Of a stretch of 22,194 nt of DNA, positions 7,536 to 16,891 are shown piece by piece; the first letter of the stretch is position 1; every line of letters starts with the position of its first letter. This DNA is from a virus. A program made the translations under genes and the position numbers. The notes below the pieces were generated by a model that searched no databases, was not told the DNA's origin, and saw only the letters and a program-made list of their open reading frames with translations. The DNA is taken from UHGV virus genome UHGV-0136179, one strand, 5' to 3'.

Positions 7536-7677
7536 TGCGCGCTGGCGGTGGTGCTGATTTTATTTTTTCAGCGTCTGAGCGCGTCGTGATGGCGTTTAGA
7601 TTGTGCGCCGGGGCGTTGGTTTGTCTGCGGGCTGTTTTGCGCGGTGTTGAGCGTGTGAGGGCGTGATGACGGGGTGT

Positions 7678-7699
7678 AAAAAAGCCGCCCGCAGGCGGC
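7678..7699 (-). terminator. Terminator of the leftward P-Q operon
   Basis: On the minus strand, hairpin GCCGCC-(4 nt)-GGCGGC followed by a U6 run, 5 nt after the Q stop. Confidence 0.65.
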
Positions 7700-7704
7700 G
7701 ATGT

Positions 7705-8739
7705 TCAGCCGTTGTCAGTGTCCAGTGAGTAGTTTTTAAAGCGGATGACCTCCTGACCGAGCCAGCCGTTTATCTCGCGGATCCTGTCCTGTAGCGGGAT
7801 AAGCTCATTGCGGACAAAGACCTTTGCCACTTTCTCAATATCACCCAGCGACCCGACGTTCTCCGGCTTGCCGCCCATCAACTGAAAGGGGATGCGGTGC
7901 GCGTCCAGCAGGTCAGCGGCGCTGGCTTTTTTGATATTAAAAAAATCGTCCTTCGTTGCCACTTCACTGAGCGGGATAATTTTAATGCCGTCGGCTTTCC
8001 CCTGTGGGGCATAGAGAAACAGATTTTTAAAGTTATTGCGGCCTTTCGACTTAACCATGTTTTCGCGAAGCATTTCGATATCGTTGCGGTCCTGCACGGC
8101 ATCGGTGACGTACATGATGTATCCGGCATGTGCGCCGTTTTCGTAATACTTGCGGCGGAACAGCGTGGCCGACTCATTCAGCCAGGCAGAGTTAAGGGCG
8201 CTGAGATATTCCGGCAGGCCGTACAGCTCCTGATTGATATCCGGCTCCAGCAGGTGAAACACGGAGCCGGGCGTGAAAGGTGTCGGCTCGTTGAAGGACG
8301 GCACCCACCAGTAAACATCCTCCTCCACGCCACGACGGGTATATTTTGCCGGTGAGGTTTCCAGTCTGATGACCTTACCGGTGGTGCTGTAACGCTTTTC
8401 CAGAAACGCATTACCGAACACCAGAAAATCCAGCACAAAGCGGCTGAAATCCTGCTGGGAAAGCCACGGATGCGGGATAAATGTTGAGGCCAGAATATTA
8501 CGTTTGACGTAAATCGGTGAGCTGTGATGCACGGCAGCACGCAGGCTTTTTGCCAGACCGGTAAAGCTGACCGGTGGCTCATACCATCTGCCGTTACTGA
8601 TGCACTCGACGTAATCCAGAATGTCACGGCGGTCGAGTACCGGCACCGGCTCACCAAAGGTGAATGCCTCCATTTTCGGGGCGCTGGCGGTCATTTTTTT
8701 TGCCGCAGGTTGCGGTGTTTTCCCTTTTTTCTTGCTCAT
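7705..8739 (-). CDS. Q: Portal protein gpQ
   Basis: 344 aa, identical in length to P2 gpQ; leftward, start overlaps the P stop (ATGA); position next to cos. Confidence 0.9.
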   Translation of the reverse strand: MSKKKGKTPQPAAKKMTASAPKMEAFTFGEPVPVLDRRDILDYVECISNGRWYEPPVSFTGLAKSLRAAVHHSSPIYVKRNILASTFIPHPWLSQQDFSRFVLDFLVFGNAFLEKRYSTTGKVIRLETSPAKYTRRGVEEDVYWWVPSFNEPTPFTPGSVFHLLEPDINQELYGLPEYLSALNSAWLNESATLFRRKYYENGAHAGYIMYVTDAVQDRNDIEMLRENMVKSKGRNNFKNLFLYAPQGKADGIKIIPLSEVATKDDFFNIKKASAADLLDAHRIPFQLMGGKPENVGSLGDIEKVAKVFVRNELIPLQDRIREINGWLGQEVIRFKNYSLDTDNG

Positions 8740-10511
8740 CAGTAAAACTCCAGAATGGTGGATGTCAGCGGGGTGCTGATACCGGCGGTGAGTGGCTCAT
8801 TTAACAGAGCGTGCATGGTCGCCCAGGCGAGGTCGGCGTGGCTGGCTTCCTCGCTGCGGCTGGCCTCATAGGTGGCGCTGCGTCCGCTGCTGGTCATGGT
8901 CTTGCGGATAGCCATAAAGGAGCTGGTGATGTCGGTGGCGCTGACGTCATATTCCAGACAGCCACGGCGGATAACGTCTTTGGCCTTGAGCACCATTGCG
9001 GTTTTCATTTCCGGCGTGTAGCGGATATCGCGCGCGGCGGGATAGAACGAGCGCACGAGCTGGAACACGCCGACACCGAGGCCGGTGGCATCAATTCCGA
9101 TGTATTCGACGTTGTATTTTTCGGTGAGTTTGCGGATGGATTCAGCCTGAGTGGCAAAGTCCATGCCTTTCCACTGGTGACGCTCAAGTATTCTGAATTT
9201 GCCACCGGCCACCACCGGCGGTGCCAGTACCACGCATCCGGCGCTGTCGCCACGGTGTGACGGGTCGTAACCAATCCATACCGGGCGGGAGCCGAACGGA
9301 TTGGCGGCAAACGGCGCATAGTCTTCCCATTCTTCCAGCGTGTCGACCATGCAGCGTTGCAGCTCCTCGAACGGGAACACCGATGCCTTGTCGTCAACAA
9401 ATTCACACATGAACAGGTTTTTAAAATCGTCGGCGCTGTTTTCGCGTTTGAGCTGCTCAATGTCGAACAGCGTGCAGCCGCCTTTCAGGGCGTCCTCAAT
9501 GGTGACAATCTGCCGCCACTGGCCGTCCGCACAGAGAAGTCCACCGGCAAGGGCGTTATGACTGACGTCGATTTCCACGCGTTCGGCGGCGCTGGCGCGT
9601 CCCCGGTTAAACAGTTCACCCGACCAGAACGGGTAGGCGTCGTGCGCCAGCGTGGACGGGGTGGAGAAATAGGTCGAACGCAGGTGACTCTGTGAGGCCA
9701 TACCTGATGCCACCTTACGCAGTACCTGAAAATTCGGGATCCAGAAAATCTCGTCGACGTACAGGTCGCCGTTATGGCTCTGTGCGGTGTTGGAGTTGGT
9801 GCCGAGAAAAATCAGTTTTGCGCCGTTATTGCCCAGGACAATCGGGTCACCGGTCAGGTCAACGTCAACCAGCCGGGCAAAGGCGATGATGTATTCGCGG
9901 AACACATACGCCTGTGTTTTACTGGCCGACAGAAAAATCTGGTTATGACCGGTTTTCAGGGCGCGCAGCAGCGCCTCGCGGGAAAAATAAAACGTCGCGC
10001 CAATCTGGCGGGATTTCAGGATATCGCGGATGCGGTGCTCAAGCCCGGCGCGATACCAGTGCAGCTGATAGTCGAAAGACTGCTCAAAGAAAATCTGCTC
10101 CAGCTTTTCGATGGCCTCGTCACTGAAAAAATTCTTTTTCGGTTTGCGACGCCCGCCTTTGTTGCGGTTAGCGACGTTCGGATTAAGGTCTGCCTCGTTG
10201 CCGGTCTGACTGTAACGGTTGACCCGTGCCAGTCGTTCAATCTGGCGTCCGAGCAGGTCAATTTCCTTGAAGTCACCGCCGGTTTTCTGCGGTTTGATGA
10301 TGAGCCGGGTCAGCCGCGCTTCCAGACTCATTTCGACACGGCTGATGGGGGCAACGCTGTCCCAGCCGTCGCGCTGTTTCCAGCTCTGCACCGTCGGGCG
10401 TTTCATCTGCAACATGGCGGCAATCTGCGGCACGGAAAACCCCTGCCAGTACAGCAGCGCCGCCTGACGACGCGGGTCGTGTAAAAGAGTGGTGTCTGTG
10501 GTGATGGTCAT
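8739..10511 (-). CDS. P: Terminase large (ATPase) subunit gpP
   Basis: 590 aa from the ATG at 10511 (GAGG 6 nt upstream), equal to P2 gpP; the ORF extends to 10541. Divergent from O as in P2. Confidence 0.9.
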   Translation of the reverse strand: MTITTDTTLLHDPRRQAALLYWQGFSVPQIAAMLQMKRPTVQSWKQRDGWDSVAPISRVEMSLEARLTRLIIKPQKTGGDFKEIDLLGRQIERLARVNRYSQTGNEADLNPNVANRNKGGRRKPKKNFFSDEAIEKLEQIFFEQSFDYQLHWYRAGLEHRIRDILKSRQIGATFYFSREALLRALKTGHNQIFLSASKTQAYVFREYIIAFARLVDVDLTGDPIVLGNNGAKLIFLGTNSNTAQSHNGDLYVDEIFWIPNFQVLRKVASGMASQSHLRSTYFSTPSTLAHDAYPFWSGELFNRGRASAAERVEIDVSHNALAGGLLCADGQWRQIVTIEDALKGGCTLFDIEQLKRENSADDFKNLFMCEFVDDKASVFPFEELQRCMVDTLEEWEDYAPFAANPFGSRPVWIGYDPSHRGDSAGCVVLAPPVVAGGKFRILERHQWKGMDFATQAESIRKLTEKYNVEYIGIDATGLGVGVFQLVRSFYPAARDIRYTPEMKTAMVLKAKDVIRRGCLEYDVSATDITSSFMAIRKTMTSSGRSATYEASRSEEASHADLAWATMHALLNEPLTAGISTPLTSTILEFY

Positions 10512-10684
10512 GAATACCTCGCCGTGATGAATCCATGGCAAGGCTACTGAGTCGCGCCCCGCGATTCGCTAAGGTGCTGTTGTGCCAGTGATAAGCCATC
10601 CGGGACTGATGGCGGAGGATGCGCATCGTCGGGAAACTGATGCCGACATGTGACTCCTCTAATCACTATTCAGGACTCCTGACA

Positions 10685-11539
10685 ATGGCAAAAAAAGTCT
10701 CAAAATTCTTTCGTATCGGCGTTGAGGGTGACACCTGTGACGGGCGTGTCATCAGTGCGCAGGATATTCAGGAAATGGCCGAAACCTTTGACCCGCGAGT
10801 CTATGGTTGCCGCATTAACCTGGAACATCTGCGCGGCATCCTGCCTGACGGTATTTTTAAGCGTTATGGCGATGTGGCCGAACTGAAGGCCGAAAAGATT
10901 GACGATGATTCGGCGCTGAAAGGCAAATGGGCGCTGTTTGCGAAAATCACCCCGACCGATGACCTTATCGCGATGAACAAGGCCGCGCAGAAGGTCTACA
11001 CCTCAATGGAAATTCAGCCGAACTTTGCCAACACCGGCAAATGTTATCTGGTGGGGCTGGCCGTCACCGATGACCCGGCAAGCCTCGGTACGGAATACCT
11101 GGAATTCTGCCGCACGGCAAAACACAACCCCCTGAACCGCTTCAAATTAAGCCCTGAAAACCTGATTTCAGTGGCAACGCCTGTTGAGCTGGAATTTGAA
11201 GACCTGCCTGAAACCGTGTTCACCGCCCTGACCGAAAAGGTGAAATCCATTTTTGGCCGCAAACAGGCCAGCGATGATGCCCGTCTGAATGACGTGCATG
11301 AAGCGGTGACCGCTGTTGCTGAACATGTGCAGGAAAAACTGAGTGCCACTGAGCAGCGCCTCGCTGAGATGGAAACCGCCTTTTCCGCACTTAAGCAGGA
11401 GGTGACTGACAGGGCGGATGAAACCAGCCAGGCATTCACCCGCCTGAAAAACAGTCTCGACCACACCGAAAGTCTGACCCAACAGCGCCGCAGCAAGGCC
11501 ACCGGCGGTGGCGGTGACGCCCTGATGACGAACTGCTGA
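10685..11539 (+). CDS. O: Capsid scaffolding protein gpO
   Basis: 284 aa from the ATG at 10685 (P2 gpO is 284 aa); the ORF extends upstream to 10619; precedes the major capsid gene. Confidence 0.85.
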   Translation: MAKKVSKFFRIGVEGDTCDGRVISAQDIQEMAETFDPRVYGCRINLEHLRGILPDGIFKRYGDVAELKAEKIDDDSALKGKWALFAKITPTDDLIAMNKAAQKVYTSMEIQPNFANTGKCYLVGLAVTDDPASLGTEYLEFCRTAKHNPLNRFKLSPENLISVATPVELEFEDLPETVFTALTEKVKSIFGRKQASDDARLNDVHEAVTAVAEHVQEKLSATEQRLAEMETAFSALKQEVTDRADETSQAFTRLKNSLDHTESLTQQRRSKATGGGGDALMTNC

Positions 11540-11597
11540 CCGGCGTCAGTCAGTCCGGGAAAACCTTCACGATTAACCCTTAATTTCAGGAAAAACT

Positions 11598-12671
11598 ATG
11601 CGCCAGGAAACCCGCTTTAAATTTAATGCTTACCTGTCCCGTGTTGCCGAACTGAACGGCATCGACGCCGGTGATGTGTCGAAAAAATTCACCGTTGAAC
11701 CGTCGGTCACCCAGACCCTGATGAACACCATGCAGGAGTCCTCTGACTTTCTGACCCGCATCAACATTGTGCCGGTCAGCGAAATGAAAGGGGAAAAAAT
11801 TGGTATTGGTGTCACCGGCTCCATCGCCAGCACCACCGACACCGCCGGTGGCACCGAGCGTCAGCCGAAGGACTTCTCGAAGCTGGCGTCAAACAAGTAC
11901 GAATGCGACCAGATTAACTTCGATTTTTATATCCGCTACAAAACGCTTGACCTGTGGGCGCGTTATCAGGATTTCCAGCTCCGTATCCGTAACGCCATTA
12001 TCAAACGCCAGTCCCTTGATTTCATCATGGCCGGTTTTAACGGCGTGAAGCGTGCCGAAACCTCTGACCGCAGCAGCAATCCGATGCTGCAGGATGTGGC
12101 GGTCGGCTGGCTGCAGAAATACCGCAATGAAGCCCCGGCGCGCGTGATGAGCAAGGTCACTGACGAGGAAGGGCACACGACCTCTGAGGTCATCCGCGTG
12201 GGTAAGGGCGGTGATTATGCCAGCCTCGATGCACTGGTGATGGATGCGACCAACAACCTGATTGAGCCGTGGTATCAGGAAGACCCTGACCTTGTGGTGA
12301 TTGTGGGGCGTCAGCTACTGGCGGACAAGTATTTCCCCATCGTCAACAAGGAGCAGGACAACAGCGAAATGCTGGCCGCTGACGTCATCATCAGCCAGAA
12401 ACGCATCGGTAACCTGCCGGCGGTACGCGTCCCGTACTTCCCGGCGGATGCGATGCTCATCACGAAGCTGGAAAACCTGTCCATCTACTACATGGATGAC
12501 AGCCATCGCCGCGTGATTGTGGAAAACCCGAAACTCGACCGCGTGGAGAACTACGAGTCAATGAACATTGATTACGTGGTGGAAGACTACGCCGCCGGTT
12601 GTCTGGTGGAAAAAATTAAGGTCGGTGATTTCTCCACACCGGCTAAAGTGACCGCAGAGCCGGGAGCGTAA
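11598..12671 (+). CDS. N: Major capsid protein gpN
   Basis: 357 aa, identical in length to P2 gpN; AGGA SD; position after O. Confidence 0.9.
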   Translation: MRQETRFKFNAYLSRVAELNGIDAGDVSKKFTVEPSVTQTLMNTMQESSDFLTRINIVPVSEMKGEKIGIGVTGSIASTTDTAGGTERQPKDFSKLASNKYECDQINFDFYIRYKTLDLWARYQDFQLRIRNAIIKRQSLDFIMAGFNGVKRAETSDRSSNPMLQDVAVGWLQKYRNEAPARVMSKVTDEEGHTTSEVIRVGKGGDYASLDALVMDATNNLIEPWYQEDPDLVVIVGRQLLADKYFPIVNKEQDNSEMLAADVIISQKRIGNLPAVRVPYFPADAMLITKLENLSIYYMDDSHRRVIVENPKLDRVENYESMNIDYVVEDYAAGCLVEKIKVGDFSTPAKVTAEPGA

Positions 12672-12674
12672 CCG

Positions 12675-13418
12675 ATGACGAGTCCCGCACAGCGCCACAT
12701 GATGCGGGTCTCGGCAGCGATGACCGCGCAGCGGGAAGCCGCCCCGCTGCGACATGCAACTGTCTATGAGCAGATGCTGGTCAAGCTGGCCGCAGACCAG
12801 CGCACACTGAAAGCGATTTATTCAAAAGAGCTGAAGGCCGCGAAAAAACGCGAACTGCTGCCGTTCTGGTTGCCGTGGGTGAACGGCGTGCTGGAGCAGG
12901 GCAAAGGTGCACAGGATGACATTCTGATGACGGTCATGCTGTGGCGTCTGGATACCGGCGATATTGCCGGTGCGCTGGAGATTGCCCGTTATGCCCTGAA
13001 ATACGGTCTGACCATGCCGGGTAAACACCGCCGTACCCCGCCGTACATGTTCACCGAGGAGGTGGCGCTTGCGGCCATGCGCGCTCACGCTGCCGGTGAG
13101 TCTGTGGATACCCGCCTGCTGACGGAGACCCTTGAACTGACCGCCACGGCTGACATGCCAGATGAAGTGCGCGCAAAGCTGCACAAAATCACCGGTCTGT
13201 TTCTGCGTGACGCTGGTGATGCCGCAGGGGCGCTGGCGCACCTGCAACGCGCGACACAGCTCGACTGTCAGGCAGGCGTCAAAAAAGAGATTGAACGACT
13301 GGAGCGGGAGCTGAAACCGAAGCCGGAGCCGCAGCCCAAAGCGTCCCCCCGCGCCCCGCGTAAGACCCGGAGCGTGACACCGGCAAAACGTGGACGCCCG
13401 AAAAAGAAAGCCAGTTAA
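12675..13418 (+). CDS. M: Terminase small (endonuclease) subunit gpM
   Basis: 247 aa as in P2 gpM; basic C-terminal tail; GGGAG SD. Confidence 0.85.
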   Translation: MTSPAQRHMMRVSAAMTAQREAAPLRHATVYEQMLVKLAADQRTLKAIYSKELKAAKKRELLPFWLPWVNGVLEQGKGAQDDILMTVMLWRLDTGDIAGALEIARYALKYGLTMPGKHRRTPPYMFTEEVALAAMRAHAAGESVDTRLLTETLELTATADMPDEVRAKLHKITGLFLRDAGDAAGALAHLQRATQLDCQAGVKKEIERLERELKPKPEPQPKASPRAPRKTRSVTPAKRGRPKKKAS

Positions 13419-13517
13419 CAACCGAATGCGCCCCGCGCCAGGGCGGCACGCCGGTCAGTGACGGTGAATCACCTGACACTGCACCGGCGTCCACCGCCCG
13501 ACTTTTCAGAGGTAGTC

Positions 13518-14027
13518 ATGATGACGCTGATTATTCCGCGAAAGGAGGCTCCCGTGTCCGGTGAGGGTACGGTGGTCATCCAGCAACCGGCAGGCGACGA
13601 GCCGGTGATTAAAAACACGTTCTTTTTTCCCGATATCGACCCGAAGCGCGTCCGGGAACGTATGCGCCTTGAGCAGACCGTCGCCCCCGCCCGTTTGCGT
13701 GAGGCTATCAAGTCAGGCATGGCGGAAACGAATGCGGAGCTGTACGAGTACCGCGAACAGAAAATTGCTGCCGGTTTTACGCGTCTGGCGGACGTCCCGG
13801 CGGACGACATCGACGGTGAAAGCATCAAAGTTTTTTACTACGAGCGCGCCGTGTGTGCGATGGCGACCGCGTCGCTTTATGAGCGTTATCGCGGCGTGGA
13901 TGCCAGTGCGAAAGGCGACAAAAAGGCCGACAGCATTGACAGCACCATTGATGAACTGTGGCGGGATATGCGCTGGGCGGTGGCGCGTATCCAGGACAAG
14001 CCGCGCTGCATCGTGAGTCAAATCTGA
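13518..14027 (+). CDS. L: Head completion protein gpL
   Basis: 169 aa from the ATG at 13518 (P2 gpL is 169 aa); stop overlaps the X start. Confidence 0.8.
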   Translation: MMTLIIPRKEAPVSGEGTVVIQQPAGDEPVIKNTFFFPDIDPKRVRERMRLEQTVAPARLREAIKSGMAETNAELYEYREQKIAAGFTRLADVPADDIDGESIKVFYYERAVCAMATASLYERYRGVDASAKGDKKADSIDSTIDELWRDMRWAVARIQDKPRCIVSQI

Positions 14028-14230
14028 TGAAGACCTTTGCGCTACAGGGCGACACGCTCGACGCCATTTGTGTCCGGTATTACGGGCGCACTGAGGGCGT
14101 GGTTGAAACCGTGCTCGCCGCAAATCCGGGACTGGCTGAACTGGGTGCGGTGCTGCCACACGGCACCGCCGTCGAACTGCCCGACGTTCAGACCGCGCCC
14201 GTGGCTGAAACTGTCAATCTGTGGGAGTAA
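14027..14230 (+). CDS. X: Tail protein gpX
   Basis: 67 aa (P2 gpX is 67 aa); ATG overlaps the L stop (TGATGA). Confidence 0.8.
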   Translation: MKTFALQGDTLDAICVRYYGRTEGVVETVLAANPGLAELGAVLPHGTAVELPDVQTAPVAETVNLWE

Positions 14231-14233
14231 CGC

Positions 14234-14515
14234 ATGACAGCAGAAGAAAAAAGCGTCCTGTCGCTTTTCATGATTGGGGTGCTGATTGTTGTCGGCAAGG
14301 TGCTTGCCGGTGGTGAACCCATCACCCCGCGTCTGTTTATCGGGCGCATGTTGCTCGGTGGTTTTGTCTCGATGGTTGCCGGTGTTGTTCTGGTGCAGTT
14401 TCCTGACCTGTCACTGCCTGCGGTGTGCGGCATCGGCTCCATGCTGGGTATCGCCGGTTATCAGGTGATTGAGATTGCCATTCAGCGCCGCTTTAAGGGC
14501 AGGGGGAAACCGTAA
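14234..14515 (+). CDS. Y: Holin gpY
   Basis: 93 aa (P2 gpY is 93 aa); hydrophobic helices and a charged C-terminus; immediately upstream of the endolysin. Confidence 0.85.
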   Translation: MTAEEKSVLSLFMIGVLIVVGKVLAGGEPITPRLFIGRMLLGGFVSMVAGVVLVQFPDLSLPAVCGIGSMLGIAGYQVIEIAIQRRFKGRGKP

Positions 14516-15012
14516 TGCCGGTAATTAACACGCATCAGAATATCGCCGCCTTTCTCGACATGCTGGCCGTGTCCGAAGGGACGGCGAATCATCCGCTGAC
14601 GAAAAACCGGGGCTATGACGTGATAGTCACCGGACTGGACGGGAAGCCGGAAATTTTCACCGACTACAGTGACCACCCGTTCGCACATGGCCGACCGGCG
14701 AAGGTGTTTAACCGTCGCGGTGAAAAATCCACGGCCTCCGGTCGCTATCAGCAGCTTTACCTGTTCTGGCCGCATTACCGCAAACAGCTTGCCCTGCCGG
14801 ATTTCAGTCCGTTGTCACAGGACAGACTCGCCATTCAGTTGATCCGCGAACGCGGTGCACTGGATGACATCCGGGCGGGACGCATTGAGCGCGCCATTTC
14901 ACGCTGTCGCAATATCTGGGCGTCCCTGCCGGGTGCCGGTTACGGTCAGCGTGAGCATTCACTGGAAAAACTGGTCACCGTCTGGCGTACCGCTGGCGGC
15001 GTACCGGCTTAA
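14515..15012 (+). CDS. K: Endolysin gpK
   Basis: 165 aa (P2 gpK is 165 aa); position in the lysis cassette. Confidence 0.85.
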   Translation: MPVINTHQNIAAFLDMLAVSEGTANHPLTKNRGYDVIVTGLDGKPEIFTDYSDHPFAHGRPAKVFNRRGEKSTASGRYQQLYLFWPHYRKQLALPDFSPLSQDRLAIQLIRERGALDDIRAGRIERAISRCRNIWASLPGAGYGQREHSLEKLVTVWRTAGGVPA

Positions 15013-15026
15013 ACGGAGTAAACACC

Positions 15027-15452
15027 ATGAAGAAATTATCCCTTTCACTGATGCTGAACGTGTCGCTGGCGCTGATGCTGGCACTGTCCCTGATTTACCC
15101 GCAGAGCGTGGCCGTCAGTTTTGTCGCCGCCTGGGCGATTCTGGTGACGGTTATCTGTGTGGTTGCCGGTGGTGTCGGCGTGTATGCCACTGAGTATGTG
15201 CTGGAACGCTACGGGCGCGAGCTGCCGCCGGAATCGCTGGCCGTGCAGATTGTCACGTCGCTGTTTTTGCAGCCGGTGACGTGGTGCAGACGGGCGGCGG
15301 GTCTGGTGGTGATGGTGGCGACGTTTATCTCGCTGGTCGCTGCCGGGTGGATTTTTACTGCGCTGATTTACCTCGTGGCGTCGGTGTTTTTCCGGCTGAT
15401 ACGTAAAGCCTGTCGTCAGCGTCTTGAGGGGCGAGAATTATGTCAAAGCTGA
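15027..15452 (+). CDS. lysA: Lysis timing membrane protein LysA
   Basis: 141 aa (P2 LysA is 141 aa); several hydrophobic helices. Confidence 0.8.
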   Translation: MKKLSLSLMLNVSLALMLALSLIYPQSVAVSFVAAWAILVTVICVVAGGVGVYATEYVLERYGRELPPESLAVQIVTSLFLQPVTWCRRAAGLVVMVATFISLVAAGWIFTALIYLVASVFFRLIRKACRQRLEGRELCQS

Positions 15453-15865
15453 TGATTGTGCTGGTCGTGTTGTTATCGCTGGCGGTGGCGGGGCTGTTTC
15501 TGGCGAAGCATGAAAACGCCAGCCTGCGCACCTCACTGGACAGGGCGAACAGCGTCGCCAGCGGGCAGCAGACGACCATCACCATGCTGAAAAACCAGCT
15601 TCATGTTGCCCTTACCAGGGCAGACAAAAACGAGCTGGCGCAGGTGGCACTGCGTCAGGAACTGGAAAACGCCGCGAAGCGTGAAGCTCAGCGCGAGAAA
15701 ACCATCACGAGATTACTCAATGAAAACGAAGATTTTCGCCGCTGGTACGGTGCTGACCTGCCTGATGCTGTGCGCCGGTTGCACCAGCGCCCGGCCTGCG
15801 CAGACGCCAGTGATTGTCCACAACGCCTGCCCGAAAGTGAGCCTTTGCCCGATGCCGGGCAGTGA
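15440..15865 (+). CDS. lysB: Rz-like inner-membrane spanin LysB
   Basis: 141 aa (P2 LysB is 141 aa); N-terminal membrane helix then a coiled-coil-like region. Confidence 0.8.
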   Translation: MSKLMIVLVVLLSLAVAGLFLAKHENASLRTSLDRANSVASGQQTTITMLKNQLHVALTRADKNELAQVALRQELENAAKREAQREKTITRLLNENEDFRRWYGADLPDAVRRLHQRPACADASDCPQRLPESEPLPDAGQ

Positions 15866-16010
15866 CCCGGAGACGAACGGCGATTTAAGTGCCGATATCC
15901 GGCAGCTTGAGAACGCGCTGGCACGCTGTGCCAGCCAGGTAAAAATGATTAAACACTGTCAGGACGTAAACGATGCTCAAACCCGACAGCCTGCGCAGGG
16001 CGCTGACTGA
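15720..16010 (+). CDS. lysC: Rz1-like outer-membrane lipoprotein spanin LysC, out of frame within and beyond lysB
   Basis: 96 aa from the ATG at 15720 (P2 LysC is 96 aa); lipoprotein signal with lipobox-like LCAGC; overlaps the lysB 3' end in another frame. Confidence 0.7.
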   Translation: MKTKIFAAGTVLTCLMLCAGCTSARPAQTPVIVHNACPKVSLCPMPGSDPETNGDLSADIRQLENALARCASQVKMIKHCQDVNDAQTRQPAQGAD

Positions 16011-16440
16011 TGCCGTCATGGTGCTGAAAACCAGTCCCGAGATGCTGCGGATATTCGTGGATAACGGGAGTATTGCCTCCACACTGGCGACGTCGCTGTC
16101 ATTCGAAAAGCGTTACACGCTCAATGTGATTGTGACCGACTTTACCGGTGATTTTGACCTGCTCATCGTGCCGGTGCTGGCGTGGCTGCGGGAAAATCAG
16201 CCCGACATCATGACCACCGACGCAGGTCAGAAAAAGGGCTTCACGTTTTATGCAGACATCAACAATGACAGCAGCTTTGATATCAGCATCAGCCTGATGC
16301 TGACCGAGCGAACGCTGGTCAGTGAGGTGGATGGCGCGCTGCATGTGAAGAATATCCCGGAACCTCCGCCGCCGGAGCCGGTCACCCGCCCGGTGGAGCT
16401 TTATATCAATGGCGAACTGGTGAGCAAGTGGGATGAATGA
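15973..16440 (+). CDS. R: Tail completion protein gpR
   Basis: 155 aa (P2 gpR is 155 aa). Confidence 0.85.
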   Translation: MLKPDSLRRALTDAVMVLKTSPEMLRIFVDNGSIASTLATSLSFEKRYTLNVIVTDFTGDFDLLIVPVLAWLRENQPDIMTTDAGQKKGFTFYADINNDSSFDISISLMLTERTLVSEVDGALHVKNIPEPPPPEPVTRPVELYINGELVSKWDE

Positions 16441-16891
16441 GTTTAAGCGTTTTGAAGACCGGCTGACCGGACTGATTGAATCGCTGTCACCGTCAGGGCG
16501 TCGGCGACTGGCGGTAGATATTGCGAAGAAACTGCGCCAGCGCCAGCAGCAGCGAATTAAATTACAAAAAGGCCCGGATGGTACGCCGTATGTACCGAGA
16601 AAAAACCAGCCAGTGCGAAATAAGAAAGGCCGGATAAAGCGGGAAATGTTTGTGAAATTACGCACTAACCGGTTTATGAAAGCAACAGGTAGCGAGAGTG
16701 CGGCGGTGGTGGAGTTTGCCAGCGGAGTACAACGAATTGCGCGAGTACATCAATTAGGGCTTAGGGATAAGCCGGGGCGTAATAGTGCTGTGGTGGAATA
16801 TCCTGTTCGTGAGTTATTTGGTTTTGACAAGGAATCTATACAATTGATAGAAAGGGAGTTATTAGTGATTCTATCGAAAGATGTTATATGA
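16433..16891 (+). CDS. S: Tail completion protein gpS
   Basis: 152 aa (P2 gpS is 150 aa); the last ~50 codons become A+T-rich, suggesting the cargo junction lies inside the gene's 3' end. Confidence 0.8.
   Translation: MNEFKRFEDRLTGLIESLSPSGRRRLAVDIAKKLRQRQQQRIKLQKGPDGTPYVPRKNQPVRNKKGRIKREMFVKLRTNRFMKATGSESAAVVEFASGVQRIARVHQLGLRDKPGRNSAVVEYPVRELFGFDKESIQLIERELLVILSKDVI

Noticed and set aside
9774-10484. 236-aa plus-strand ORF, with several others between 8811 and 10467
   Set aside because: Lie entirely antisense to the terminase large subunit gene P; GC-rich antisense frames commonly stay open. No SD or family resemblance.
10512-10684. Divergent late promoters with an Ogr-type TGT-N12-ACA dyad between P and O
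   Set aside because: Expected from P2 biology, but manual scanning found no exact TGT-N12-ACA; not called without a proper motif search.
12822-13421. 199-aa minus-strand ORF
   Set aside because: Antisense to terminase small subunit gene M, whose length and position match P2; Arg/Gly-rich low-complexity translation typical of a GC-rich antisense frame.
13419-13457. GC-rich imperfect inverted repeat after M as a terminator
   Set aside because: No following T-run, and in P2 M and L are co-transcribed.
13713-14159. 148-aa minus-strand ORF, with others between 13469 and 14067
   Set aside because: Antisense to L and X; Arg/Pro-rich low-complexity translation.
16099-16665. 188-aa minus-strand ORF
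   Set aside because: Antisense to tail completion genes R and S, which have P2-matching lengths and overlapping starts.
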